This document shows, one piece after another, positions 33,936 through 43,247 of a stretch of DNA of 64,000 nucleotides. The stretch lies in the IMG/VR virus record IMGVR_UViG_3300026484_000053, positions 129,701 through 193,700 of that record, one strand, 5' to 3'. Positions within the stretch are counted from its first letter, which is position 1, and each line of letters starts with the position of its first letter. Under the pieces are notes generated by a model, which saw nothing but the letters and a program-made list of their open reading frames with translations, had not been told where the DNA came from and ran no database searches. The DNA comes from a virus. A program made the position numbers and the translations under genes.

Positions 33936-36263
33936 ATGACAAATGTACTAAACACAAAACCACAATGGGAAGAAGTAATTTCAAATACTAATAGATATCT
34001 ATATGAGCATTCTTACGAGTATGCAAAAAGACTATATGTAAGAGTATTTGATAACGATTTAAAAGATTCATATTTGTATGACCTAGGAACTCATTCATAC
34101 CAGCCTGAAATATTTGTTAGATGTACTGAAAAGACAGAATTTAAATCATTTGATAGGAAATATTATCTTAAGCAGTATCCATTTAATTCTATAGATGACA
34201 TGAAAAAAGAAGTACAGTACAATAAACGTGACAATGTTGTGTATTATGGTAATACATCAAGAATACAAAAAGTAATCAGAGACCACTGGAGTGATTCTCT
34301 TAAAGCTAACCACAAATTTAAGACGATGTGGTTAGATATTGAAACGTTATCAGGTGATATATATGCTAATGAAACTATAACTATAAAAGATAACGTTATA
34401 CAATGTAAAGATTTAGTTAAAATGGCTAGAAAGAAACAAAGTACTCTAACCAAAGGACAGAAATTAATACTTGAAGAAGAAGTTTTTGACCCTGAAGAAA
34501 ATAAAAAAGTAAAACTTAAAAACTCTTGCTTTTACAGAAAGCCTGGCTTTCCTAATTCAGATACTGCTAATTATCAAATTACGATGCTGCAAATGTACGA
34601 CACGCACACTAAAGAGTTTACAATATATGGTCTTAAAGAGTGGAATGGAACATATAAATCAAAATTTGGTAAAGTTAATTATTTCAAGTTCAGCAAAGAA
34701 AAAGATATGTTAAAAGCATTTATTAATCATTTCAGATTTACTAATCCTACAGCAGTTAACTCTTATAATGGATACGCATTCGATTACCCGTATATAGTTA
34801 ACAGAATGGAAAGAATTGGCGTAGACGCGTTAGCTCTGTCTCCAGTACGAAGTATAAAGAAAACAGAAAATATATCTACTAATGGCATGACGTATAAAGG
34901 CGTAGATATTAAAGGTGTATTCCTTTTAGATAGTATGGAATTCGTTATGAAGTACAGCTTTCTTAAAATACCATCTTTTAGCCTTAATGGAGTTGCTGCA
35001 GCGTTTAGACTTAATCCTAAAAAAGATACAAGTACATACCTGTCTTTCCAAGGATTTCAAGATGGTCATGGGTATGTATTTCCTAAAGAAGCACCGTCAG
35101 AGCCTGAAGCATTAAGAGTATATAAAACCCAATGTGATTACAGAGATGGTAAAATAAGTAAAGAAGAATTTAATTTAGTTATTTATGATAACTTCATGCA
35201 ATATTCTATCAGAGATGTCGAATTAATGTTAGAAATAGAAGAAAAAGCAAAAGTACAAGGTACAGCGCAGCTTATTGGATACATTTGTGGCGTTAATATG
35301 ACTGATGTGCAAGGTACTCTTAAGCAGTGGCTGAGTTATATGTATAATGACTGTATTAAAGATAATGTAGTTCTGCCTATAAAACAGCAAGACGCTAAAG
35401 ACGTAGTATATAAAGCTGGATGGACTACTTACTTTACTGGTAAAATTCATAAAGACGTAGTTTCATTTGATTATGCTGCACTTTATCCAAGTTGTATTAT
35501 ATCATGGAATATTGGAGCAGATACTTTAGTACCATTTGAAAAGTTGCCAGAAGAATTACAGTTAAAGTGTAAAGATAATTTTTATACAGAAGAAAACTTT
35601 GGTGAGCAAGGTCAATACACTTTAAAATATAAAAACGCTACAAATGATATACCTGAAGAGTTAGCATTCTTTTATAGACTTTATAACGATACTGAACTAC
35701 ATGATATGCTTAAGAAATATAATCTTAGTATGACTCCTAACTATCAATTCTATAGAAGAGATATAGAATCGTTCTCGGCCAAAGCAATGTCAGAGAATCT
35801 TGCTCTAAGAAATAAAGCTAAATATTCAGCCCAAGATCTTAATGCAAAATTAGAAGATATGAAAGCTAATAATTTAAAAGAAAAAGAACCGCAAAAATAC
35901 GACGAAATATTTGAAGAAGCGCAGTATCAAGAAGGATTATCAAACGCAGTTAAAACATTTAACAACTCGTATTATGGTAGTACTGCACTAAGCTCTAATC
36001 CTTTTAGTAATGGTAAACTTACGGCAGCAAGTATTACAACTGCTGGGAGATTAGCAGATATGATAGTTGCGTATGAGGTGCAGTCATATCTGCACGACAT
36101 TACAGCGACTGCTACTGTACGATTTGATGGATATTCTTATAGATGTAATGCATCTACTATTTTTACATGCGAAGATGGAGATAAAAGCATACTAACTTTA
36201 AATAACAATGATACGATAAAATGTATTACAAAATACATAAAAAAGGATAAAAATGCAGGGTAA
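33936..36263 (+). CDS. gp43: Family B DNA polymerase, N-terminal part (exonuclease plus motifs A and B)
   Basis: DIET, YNGYAFDYPY, YSIRDV; SFDYAALYPS; KTFNNSYYG; lacks DTDS. Confidence 0.92.
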   Translation: MTNVLNTKPQWEEVISNTNRYLYEHSYEYAKRLYVRVFDNDLKDSYLYDLGTHSYQPEIFVRCTEKTEFKSFDRKYYLKQYPFNSIDDMKKEVQYNKRDNVVYYGNTSRIQKVIRDHWSDSLKANHKFKTMWLDIETLSGDIYANETITIKDNVIQCKDLVKMARKKQSTLTKGQKLILEEEVFDPEENKKVKLKNSCFYRKPGFPNSDTANYQITMLQMYDTHTKEFTIYGLKEWNGTYKSKFGKVNYFKFSKEKDMLKAFINHFRFTNPTAVNSYNGYAFDYPYIVNRMERIGVDALALSPVRSIKKTENISTNGMTYKGVDIKGVFLLDSMEFVMKYSFLKIPSFSLNGVAAAFRLNPKKDTSTYLSFQGFQDGHGYVFPKEAPSEPEALRVYKTQCDYRDGKISKEEFNLVIYDNFMQYSIRDVELMLEIEEKAKVQGTAQLIGYICGVNMTDVQGTLKQWLSYMYNDCIKDNVVLPIKQQDAKDVVYKAGWTTYFTGKIHKDVVSFDYAALYPSCIISWNIGADTLVPFEKLPEELQLKCKDNFYTEENFGEQGQYTLKYKNATNDIPEELAFFYRLYNDTELHDMLKKYNLSMTPNYQFYRRDIESFSAKAMSENLALRNKAKYSAQDLNAKLEDMKANNLKEKEPQKYDEIFEEAQYQEGLSNAVKTFNNSYYGSTALSSNPFSNGKLTAASITTAGRLADMIVAYEVQSYLHDITATATVRFDGYSYRCNASTIFTCEDGDKSILTLNNNDTIKCITKYIKKDKNAG

Positions 36264-37215
36264 AAATTTTACTTTCACAAGAGATAAGCAAGAGAGGTTA
36301 TTACTAAATTCAGACACAGACAGTTTTTACATCTCTATAGCTCCTCTGATGGACGTATGGGACAGCAGGAACACTTCTGCAAGTGAAGAAAAAAGAATTG
36401 AAGTTCTTCTTAAGATAGTTAATACGAAAATACAACCAGTTATCGATAAAGTAGTTGATAACATTAACGATAGATTGAACTTATATGATAAAACTAGACT
36501 TATAGCTGAGAATGAAATAGTTGCAACTAGGTTTGTTAGTGCTGCTAGTAAAAGATATTTCGCACTCCAAGTAGCCAAAGATGGTACTATTCTTGCTAAG
36601 CCAAAGATAAAAGCTACTGGTATTTCTCTTATTGGTAAAGCTACGCCGCCAGAGGTTAAAGCCATACTTGAGCCGTTAACTAAGCTTATTCTTACCGAAG
36701 ATAATGACACGTTATTAACCTACATTAAAGAGAACAAAGATAGATTTTTAGCGTTAGATCCTTCTCAAGTAAGCAAAACACAAAGTGTTAATTCTCTTGA
36801 TTATCATTTCTGTAAAGCAGATAATACAGCTTGTGACTTCAAAATGGCTGTTAAAGGTACTAAAAGAGACGAAGAAAAGAATAAAAATCTTACAGCTCCT
36901 ATGAATAGTAAAGCAGCAATGGTGCATAACGCTATAGTAGATGAATTAGAGCTACAAAATATTTATGATTACGTGCATGAAGGTGATAACATTAAAATGT
37001 GTTATCTAAAAGTACCTAATCCTATTACTTACTCTTTAGACGTAGTAGGTTATAAAGATCCTAAATTTTTGGAAGACAGCGGTTTAACAAAATATGTTGA
37101 TTACGAGATACAATGGACAAAAGAATTTATAGCTAAGATTCTTCCAATTACTAATTCTCTTAAATGGACAGCAAATATAGAAGATATGTCTAATATTGAC
37201 GAAGACGAATGGTAG
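36253..37215 (+). CDS. gp43: Family B DNA polymerase, C-terminal part (motif C and thumb)
   Basis: NSDTDSFY, KRYF, KATGI; own AAGGA SD. Confidence 0.9.
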   Translation: MQGKNFTFTRDKQERLLLNSDTDSFYISIAPLMDVWDSRNTSASEEKRIEVLLKIVNTKIQPVIDKVVDNINDRLNLYDKTRLIAENEIVATRFVSAASKRYFALQVAKDGTILAKPKIKATGISLIGKATPPEVKAILEPLTKLILTEDNDTLLTYIKENKDRFLALDPSQVSKTQSVNSLDYHFCKADNTACDFKMAVKGTKRDEEKNKNLTAPMNSKAAMVHNAIVDELELQNIYDYVHEGDNIKMCYLKVPNPITYSLDVVGYKDPKFLEDSGLTKYVDYEIQWTKEFIAKILPITNSLKWTANIEDMSNIDEDEW

Positions 37216-37230
37216 GAGTTAAAGTAGATA

Positions 37231-37274
37231 TTTAATACTACTTTAATACTACTTTAATATTAATATGATATAAT
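37231..37274 (+). promoter_or_regulatory. RpoD-type promoter
   Basis: TTTAAT at 37231, 37242 and 37253; TGATATAAT at 37266. Confidence 0.75.
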
Positions 37275-37303
37275 ATACTATCTAAAAAAAATAAAGGTAT
37301 AAA

Positions 37304-37585
37304 ATGAAAACATTTACAGAAAGACAACTTAGAAGATATGAAAGAAATGGAACTATCGAACAAAAATTAGAAGAACTTAGAATTCAAAATCATTTTGATG
37401 ATGCAGTAAAATTAGAAGAACTTAGCGTTACATCTAAAGATTGTATAATAGAATTAATTAAGTTAAGAACTCAAAAAGTTCAAGGTGTTAAGGAGCAAAA
37501 CGTTAAAGAATATATAGCATCTCAAAGAGTGCTTAAAAGATTAGAAGAATCCAAATCTTCTGAAAGTGAGCAAAAATCATGTTAG
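37304..37585 (+). CDS. Hypothetical protein
   Basis: 93 aa; promoter and SD upstream. Confidence 0.65.
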   Translation: MKTFTERQLRRYERNGTIEQKLEELRIQNHFDDAVKLEELSVTSKDCIIELIKLRTQKVQGVKEQNVKEYIASQRVLKRLEESKSSESEQKSC

Positions 37586-37932
37586 AAACTAAAATAGTAG
37601 AAGATATTAAGGTAGTACTTAAAATGGATGGAGATTATGTAGCATTTCATGAAGTGTGCTTAAGATTTAATTACGTGTTTGGAGAAACGAGCGCATTAGA
37701 GATCGTAGAGTTAATTATAGATGACGATAACACTACAGAGCTTGTTAGAGAGCAGTGTATTACGTTCCTTAATAAAAAAGACTTAAGTAAAGAAGAACAA
37801 GAGCAATTAGACATTATAGTTAAGGGATTTGTAGACGATGTTAATTTTGAAGACGGTTGCGATTACGGTGATTATGAAGTAAGAGATGCAATAAGAATAG
37901 ACAATAAAATTTATATTAACGTAAGAGGATAA
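37579..37932 (+). CDS. Hypothetical protein
   Basis: 117 aa, acidic. Confidence 0.6.
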   Translation: MLETKIVEDIKVVLKMDGDYVAFHEVCLRFNYVFGETSALEIVELIIDDDNTTELVREQCITFLNKKDLSKEEQEQLDIIVKGFVDDVNFEDGCDYGDYEVRDAIRIDNKIYINVRG

Positions 37933-37934
37933 AC

Positions 37935-38267
37935 ATGACAAACATAACAAATGTGACAAACGACGCAATGCAAACGACGCAAACAGAATTAATAGAAGAT
38001 CAAGAACTTACTCTTGATTATGCAAAGAGAATGCTTAGAACAGAATTACAAATAAAGCAGATTCAAAATGACAGAAGATTAATCACAGCAGAAGCTAAAG
38101 ATGACGGTATTCAAATTGGTACAATTAAAAAAACAATCGCAGACCTTAAAAAGCAAAAGAAACTTGATGATTTAGAAAAACAAGAATTAAATAATTTCTT
38201 CGCTGTTTTTGAGCAAGACGTTGAACTAAACCAATTATTAGAACAACTTACACAAAAGGATGATTAG
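37935..38267 (+). CDS. GapR/DsbA-like dsDNA-binding protein
   Basis: I..D...I.AEAK.DG.....IKK.I...KK pattern. Confidence 0.55.
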   Translation: MTNITNVTNDAMQTTQTELIEDQELTLDYAKRMLRTELQIKQIQNDRRLITAEAKDDGIQIGTIKKTIADLKKQKKLDDLEKQELNNFFAVFEQDVELNQLLEQLTQKDD

Positions 38268-38464
38268 TGAAAACATCAGAAAATTTATATAAAAACCCAG
38301 AATTATACACAATTATAGCTGCTACAAATCTAGAAAAGTTTCAATATCTTATTAATAGTTATGCTCAAGCGAATCCAAATCATGAGTTTATAAAACACGA
38401 ATCTAAAGAGTGGAGTCATTCATGTATAATGAAGTTGCTGCCTGATTATAAAAATGAAGTTTAA
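38267..38464 (+). CDS. Hypothetical protein
   Basis: 65 aa, GTG start, translationally coupled. Confidence 0.55.
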   Translation: MKTSENLYKNPELYTIIAATNLEKFQYLINSYAQANPNHEFIKHESKEWSHSCIMKLLPDYKNEV

Positions 38465-39233
38465 TCCATACAGCATAAGCAAGATTGGATGCTTTAACCA
38501 ATGCCCTTTTCAGTTCAAGCTGAAGTATATAGACAAAATAAGAGTACCGTTTAAAGCTAGTAAAGCTCTTTATAAAGGTAATCACTTACACGAGATGTTA
38601 GAACATAACTTCGACTATGATACAAGCTTTGATACTAATGAAGTTTATACTGAAAAAGATAAAGAACAAACTAAAGAGATACTTAAAATATTTAAAGATT
38701 CTGAAATGGGTATGAAGTATAAGAAACTTATTAAAATAGGTACATCTGAAGAGCAATTCGGTATCAAGATAATAGATTCTAAACTACAAATATGCGATTA
38801 CTGGGATAAAGAATGCTGGTATAGAGGCGCAATGGATTTAATTTTTAAAGCACCGTCTGTTGTATATAATATAGACTGGAAGTCAGGTAAAGATAAGTCT
38901 AACGATGAAGATTTTGGTATAGAACAATCATTAGCTTACTCAATATATCTTATGCTTAAATATCCAGATATAGACACGTTTTTATCTGTATTTGTATTCG
39001 TAGAACATGGTACTGAAAAGAAAATTACTTATACTAGAGATAAGTTAAATGAGTACATTAGGTTTATGTTTAATAGAACAAAACAAGTGGAAAGTGCAGA
39101 ACACTATCCAGCTATTATAAACGGATTATGCAACTTCTGCGATTATTACAAACACGGCCATTGCGACGAACCAAATATCTTGAAAAATAAAATGCAAGAT
39201 ACTCAAAACACTAAAATATCGTTAGACTTTTAG
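38454..39233 (+). CDS. PD-(D/E)XK (Cas4/RecB-like) exonuclease
   Basis: CP.Q(F/Y).L.Y, G..LH, GAMDL, IDWKSGK, Q..AY, C..C...C Fe-S ligands. Confidence 0.85.
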   Translation: MKFNPYSISKIGCFNQCPFQFKLKYIDKIRVPFKASKALYKGNHLHEMLEHNFDYDTSFDTNEVYTEKDKEQTKEILKIFKDSEMGMKYKKLIKIGTSEEQFGIKIIDSKLQICDYWDKECWYRGAMDLIFKAPSVVYNIDWKSGKDKSNDEDFGIEQSLAYSIYLMLKYPDIDTFLSVFVFVEHGTEKKITYTRDKLNEYIRFMFNRTKQVESAEHYPAIINGLCNFCDYYKHGHCDEPNILKNKMQDTQNTKISLDF

Positions 39234-39273
39234 ATTATAACAAATCAAACGAAGGCAAGTAAAGGAAAAAAAC

Positions 39274-39771
39274 ATGATAGAAAACATGATAGAAAAAAGA
39301 GACACTGATTTTTTAAAAGAAATTAAACGTGACGCCTTACAGGCAAGAAAGATAAAAGATCCTAAAGCTAGAATTTTAGTTACTCTTATAGGTGAAGCGT
39401 CTATGATAGGCAAGAACGATGGTAATAGAGATACTACTGACGATGAAGTTCTTAAAGTTATTCAGAAATTCGTTAAGAACTGTGATGAGAACATCATACA
39501 AAGAAAAAAGAATAACGAAGACTTAGAAGACTTCAAGTTCGAACTTGAAGTATTATCAGAGTACTTACCTAAGCAACTTGCTGAACACGATCTAAGAATG
39601 AAAATTGTGAATTACGTCGTTTTGAACGACTTAAGCTCAATGAGAGATATGGGTAAAGTAATGCAGATGCTACAGAAGCTCTTACCTGGCCAATATGAAG
39701 GCAAAATGGCCTCTAGACTCGTTAAAGAAGAATTAAAGAACATGGAAACTCTGCAAAAGGGTAGAAGATGA
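39274..39771 (+). CDS. GatB/YqeY-domain protein
   Basis: TD.EVL.VI.K; E..VL..YLP.QL; MG.VM..L......YEGK..S..V. Confidence 0.85.
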   Translation: MIENMIEKRDTDFLKEIKRDALQARKIKDPKARILVTLIGEASMIGKNDGNRDTTDDEVLKVIQKFVKNCDENIIQRKKNNEDLEDFKFELEVLSEYLPKQLAEHDLRMKIVNYVVLNDLSSMRDMGKVMQMLQKLLPGQYEGKMASRLVKEELKNMETLQKGRR

Positions 39772-40238
39772 AAACTAAACATAATCATAAACTTCACGTA
39801 CCGCCTCAGCGTAGTGCAGGTATAGAATACGGAGAAGATATGTATTTTGTAGACTATAATCTTCTAAGAACTAACTATAGTACAGTAATGTACTATCTGT
39901 TTAACTCTAACTTTGAAGTACTGTCCAAGAATACATGTTACAAAGATATTTTAAACGTTAAATTAATAGAGGAACATCCTAGTAACGTACTTAGAGTTTT
40001 ACAAAAACATTCCAACAAGCCGTCTAAGATTGAGACGTTCGATATGGACGAAAAGTATATCAATCGCTTATGTAAGAAAGTTACATCGACATGCGTAGAA
40101 AATATTTTAGCTAGAGAAATATTGCAACGTCACGAGTATAACGAGTTATTGCACTTCGAGATGATAAAAGTTGTTAAAATACAAGACGTATACAGAGTAA
40201 GTTATAGACATACGTTAATAGGAGATTGGAGTGCCTAG
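39768..40238 (+). CDS. Hypothetical protein
   Basis: 156 aa; ATGA overlap. Confidence 0.6.
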   Translation: MKTKHNHKLHVPPQRSAGIEYGEDMYFVDYNLLRTNYSTVMYYLFNSNFEVLSKNTCYKDILNVKLIEEHPSNVLRVLQKHSNKPSKIETFDMDEKYINRLCKKVTSTCVENILAREILQRHEYNELLHFEMIKVVKIQDVYRVSYRHTLIGDWSA

Positions 40239-40479
40239 CGTATGCTGCGCTAAGTGCTGGGATTACGATTGCGAATGCTCACCTGAAGAAATAGATGAGT
40301 ACAATAAAATGCAAAAGAACGTAGCGTTATATAGGAGAGTGACTGAAGCTAAGCTTGGAGATTACTCTAAAGAGCAGCTAGATAGTTACTATAAGTTTAC
40401 TGAAAATAAATTTTACAGCGAGACTATCGACATAGATAACTATCTCAACCGTTACGAATTAAATGGAACAGACAAATAA
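40231..40479 (+). CDS. Small protein with N-terminal Cys cluster
   Basis: CCAKCWDYDCEC; AGGAG upstream. Confidence 0.55.
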   Translation: MPSVCCAKCWDYDCECSPEEIDEYNKMQKNVALYRRVTEAKLGDYSKEQLDSYYKFTENKFYSETIDIDNYLNRYELNGTDK

Positions 40480-40505
40480 GCTGCGCAAAGCTGCGCAAAG
40501 CTGCA
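40478..40505. repeat. 10-nt tandem repeat upstream of the parM-like gene
   Basis: aagctgcgca x2 plus a partial third copy. Confidence 0.85.
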
Positions 40506-40553
40506 CTAAAGTTTAGTGAATAAGTAATATAATAAAATAAACAAAGGATAAAA

Positions 40554-41468
40554 ATGGAAAGTATATCAATAGACATTGGATATGGTTCAACGAAAGTTTC
40601 CTATAGTGGAAAAGTAGTGCAAGTACCTACAGCTGTAGCATTTTCAACAGATGTAGGAATGTCAGTAGGTGACAATAAAAACGTATATGAATACAAAGGT
40701 GATTCTTACATAGTAGGTAAAGAGGCAATTAATTCTGCTTTTGATACAACAAGCTTTAACTTTATAAAAGATTACGCTGGACTAATAATTTACCATATTT
40801 TAAGTAAATTTGAAGACACAGACTTCGATAGACCAATTCAAGTTAACACTGGATTAGCTATTACAGACTACGGCAGAAGACAAGAGTTCTTAGATGCTAT
40901 ATCTGTAATAGAAGTAGATGGTAGAACTATTCATATAGATGCAACATGCGTACCTCAAGGTGCAGGTATTGCTATAGATTGGACTACAAACAATAATAAC
41001 GGCGAATACCCAGAATTATTAACAGTAATTGACATTGGATTTAACACTGTTGGATTAATCTGTTTTGAAGATGGAAGACCTGTTAAGTCAAATATTAAAG
41101 GATTCCCAGGTGCTGGAGTAACAACTATTGTAGCTCCATTAAAAGACTACCTAGAGAATACGTACAGTATGAAATACACTACGCAAGAAGCTCTTAAAAT
41201 CCTTAAAAAGGGTAAATATAAGTTTAACGGCGAAGATCAGCCTGAAATTACTACTAAGATTGAAGAGTTTAAAAGAAAGTTTATTAAGACTTTATTTAAT
41301 TCAATTCTTGTATCTGAAAAGAAATTACTTGCTACGTCAGACGCAGTTGTTATCGGCGGCGGTGGAGCATACTTTATCGAATCAGTACCTACACCACCAA
41401 ATGTTGTATTAGCTAACAGCCCTTACGAATTTTCAAATGTTAGTGGCTATTCTATAGGAGGAAAATAA
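40554..41468 (+). CDS. ParM/StbA-like actin-fold ATPase
   Basis: SIDIGYGSTK, PQGAG, VIDIGFNT, GGGGA actin-fold motifs. Confidence 0.88.
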   Translation: MESISIDIGYGSTKVSYSGKVVQVPTAVAFSTDVGMSVGDNKNVYEYKGDSYIVGKEAINSAFDTTSFNFIKDYAGLIIYHILSKFEDTDFDRPIQVNTGLAITDYGRRQEFLDAISVIEVDGRTIHIDATCVPQGAGIAIDWTTNNNNGEYPELLTVIDIGFNTVGLICFEDGRPVKSNIKGFPGAGVTTIVAPLKDYLENTYSMKYTTQEALKILKKGKYKFNGEDQPEITTKIEEFKRKFIKTLFNSILVSEKKLLATSDAVVIGGGGAYFIESVPTPPNVVLANSPYEFSNVSGYSIGGK

Positions 41469-41785
41469 TGAGTATTGAAGAAAGTAAAGAAATAAACATC
41501 CCGTTAGACGATGAGTCTATTGAGATTTTAAAGAAAGTGCCAGTAATTCACAGAAATAGTATTATTAATGTTGCTATTAGGCTTGTTGCTAAAACAGATA
41601 TGTACAAAGAACTAAATACAGATAAAGACGTGCAAGTAGAGCCGTCTACAGCAGCAGACTTAGGTAATACAGACGCAGATAACGTAAAAGCTTCAGATGG
41701 CGTAAGTAACGCTAAGGTTACTAATAAAGTTGCTGTTGCTAAGGCAGAACCTGCTAAAAAAGTAAGTAGTTGGGATGACTTTTAG
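41468..41785 (+). CDS. ParR-like ribbon-helix-helix adaptor
   Basis: EINIPLD strand plus two helices, disordered tail ending SSWDDF; coupled to the parM-like gene. Confidence 0.55.
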   Translation: MSIEESKEINIPLDDESIEILKKVPVIHRNSIINVAIRLVAKTDMYKELNTDKDVQVEPSTAADLGNTDADNVKASDGVSNAKVTNKVAVAKAEPAKKVSSWDDF

Positions 41786-42072
41786 TGCAATACATTAGTG
41801 GAAAAATAGTTGACTTAAACAATAATATAGTACCTGCTAAATATGGTGCTGTATATGTAGATATTAATACTGAGTCAGATATATTTGAATCCACCAACGG
41901 CTTGTATAAAATACCGTTTATGGAAGATTCAACTGCTATAGTGTGGTTTAAAACTAAAAAGGGTAAGATTAAAGTGCTTGGGTTCGATTATACATCTGAT
42001 TTAGAGTGTGATTGCATAATCAGAGAAGATGAAGACGATAAAGAGCTATTATCATCGATAATAATCACGTAG
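41785..42072 (+). CDS. Hypothetical protein
   Basis: 95 aa, GTG start, coupled. Confidence 0.55.
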   Translation: MQYISGKIVDLNNNIVPAKYGAVYVDINTESDIFESTNGLYKIPFMEDSTAIVWFKTKKGKIKVLGFDYTSDLECDCIIREDEDDKELLSSIIIT

Positions 42073-42093
42073 AAAGAAGAATAAAGAAAAATA

Positions 42094-42261
42094 ATGAAAA
42101 ATAAAATTAAAGATCTAGAAAGGGAAATGTTGCGAAAATATAAGCATTTGAATAACATTAAGATACTTCCAGGAGTTACATCAGCTAATGGTTTAAAAGG
42201 AATATTACTTAAAGGTAACGACAAAAGTGCAGGAGCTGAAGAACACTTCAGAGCGTATTAA
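42094..42261 (+). CDS. 55-aa hypothetical protein
   Basis: Hand-translated MKNKIKDLEREML...; TAATG coupling to the next gene. Confidence 0.5.
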   Translation: MKNKIKDLEREMLRKYKHLNNIKILPGVTSANGLKGILLKGNDKSAGAEEHFRAY

Positions 42262-43247
42262 TGGATTTATGTATACTATCTCATAATGACCTTGACGGTA
42301 TAGGATGCGTCTTTAGTTTAGAAGAGTATTATAACACTAAAGCTTACAGAATACACACTAGTTATTCTAAACTTGATGAAAAATTAGAAGAATTACAGAA
42401 TTACATAGCAAGAGTAAGACCAGGCTTTGTTTACATTACAGATATAAGCCTTGAAAAGCATCAACTTGTTAAGATATCTGAATTAGCTCGTAATTACCCA
42501 GGTATTGAGTTTATAGTAATAGACCATCATCCTATAAAAAACATGACTGCTGCAGAAATATCCTCATTTAGGTCTGATAATTTAAAAATTATGATAACTG
42601 ATAAACACAGCGCTACTAAACTAACGTTTTTGTATCTTAAAAGTCTTGGATTTAAAGCAAGCGAAGAACTTGCAAAGTTCTTGTCGTATATAAACGCTTA
42701 CGACATCTGGTTAAATGAAACGCCAGAGTTTAAGCCAGGATTTATGCTAAGCGAACTGTTTTATTTTTATGGCAAAGATTCATTTAAAAGAAAGCAATGT
42801 ATAACAACAGAATTTTACAACAAGTTCTCAGGTAATTATAAAATATCATCTAAAAACAAAGAAGACTATGTAGAAATTGTTAGAAAGAAAGACAAACTAT
42901 TCAAGAAGCTTGATGAAAGTGGAAGAATAATGAGAACTACAGATAAAAGAATTCTAATGATATTTTTAGATGAGTATCAAAGCCATTTAACAATAGATTA
43001 TCCTGGTTATAAAAGCTACGTTATAGTGAAGTCATATGGCGGCGTATCTATTAGATTAGCTAACGATGTAGAAGATGCCGAGCAAGTTAAGAATAACATT
43101 GTAAAATGTATAGAAATGCATGATAATGTTAAAGTAGTTGGCGGTCATGTACATGCATTTGGTACAGCTCTGGTAGATACAGATGCTGCAAAAATAATAG
43201 AATTTAGCAGGTATATTATAAACTGCTTAGATAAGGAGATAAAATAA
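42261..43247 (+). CDS. DHH-family phosphoesterase
   Basis: HNDLDG, TDIS, IDHH, GGH. Confidence 0.88.
   Translation: MDLCILSHNDLDGIGCVFSLEEYYNTKAYRIHTSYSKLDEKLEELQNYIARVRPGFVYITDISLEKHQLVKISELARNYPGIEFIVIDHHPIKNMTAAEISSFRSDNLKIMITDKHSATKLTFLYLKSLGFKASEELAKFLSYINAYDIWLNETPEFKPGFMLSELFYFYGKDSFKRKQCITTEFYNKFSGNYKISSKNKEDYVEIVRKKDKLFKKLDESGRIMRTTDKRILMIFLDEYQSHLTIDYPGYKSYVIVKSYGGVSIRLANDVEDAEQVKNNIVKCIEMHDNVKVVGGHVHAFGTALVDTDAAKIIEFSRYIINCLDKEIK

Noticed and set aside
36253-36312. Functional split intein joining the two PolB halves
   Set aside because: The putative IntC would be 19 aa with no block F/G His, and LLLNSDTDS aligns with the native motif C strand; kept only as a relic hypothesis
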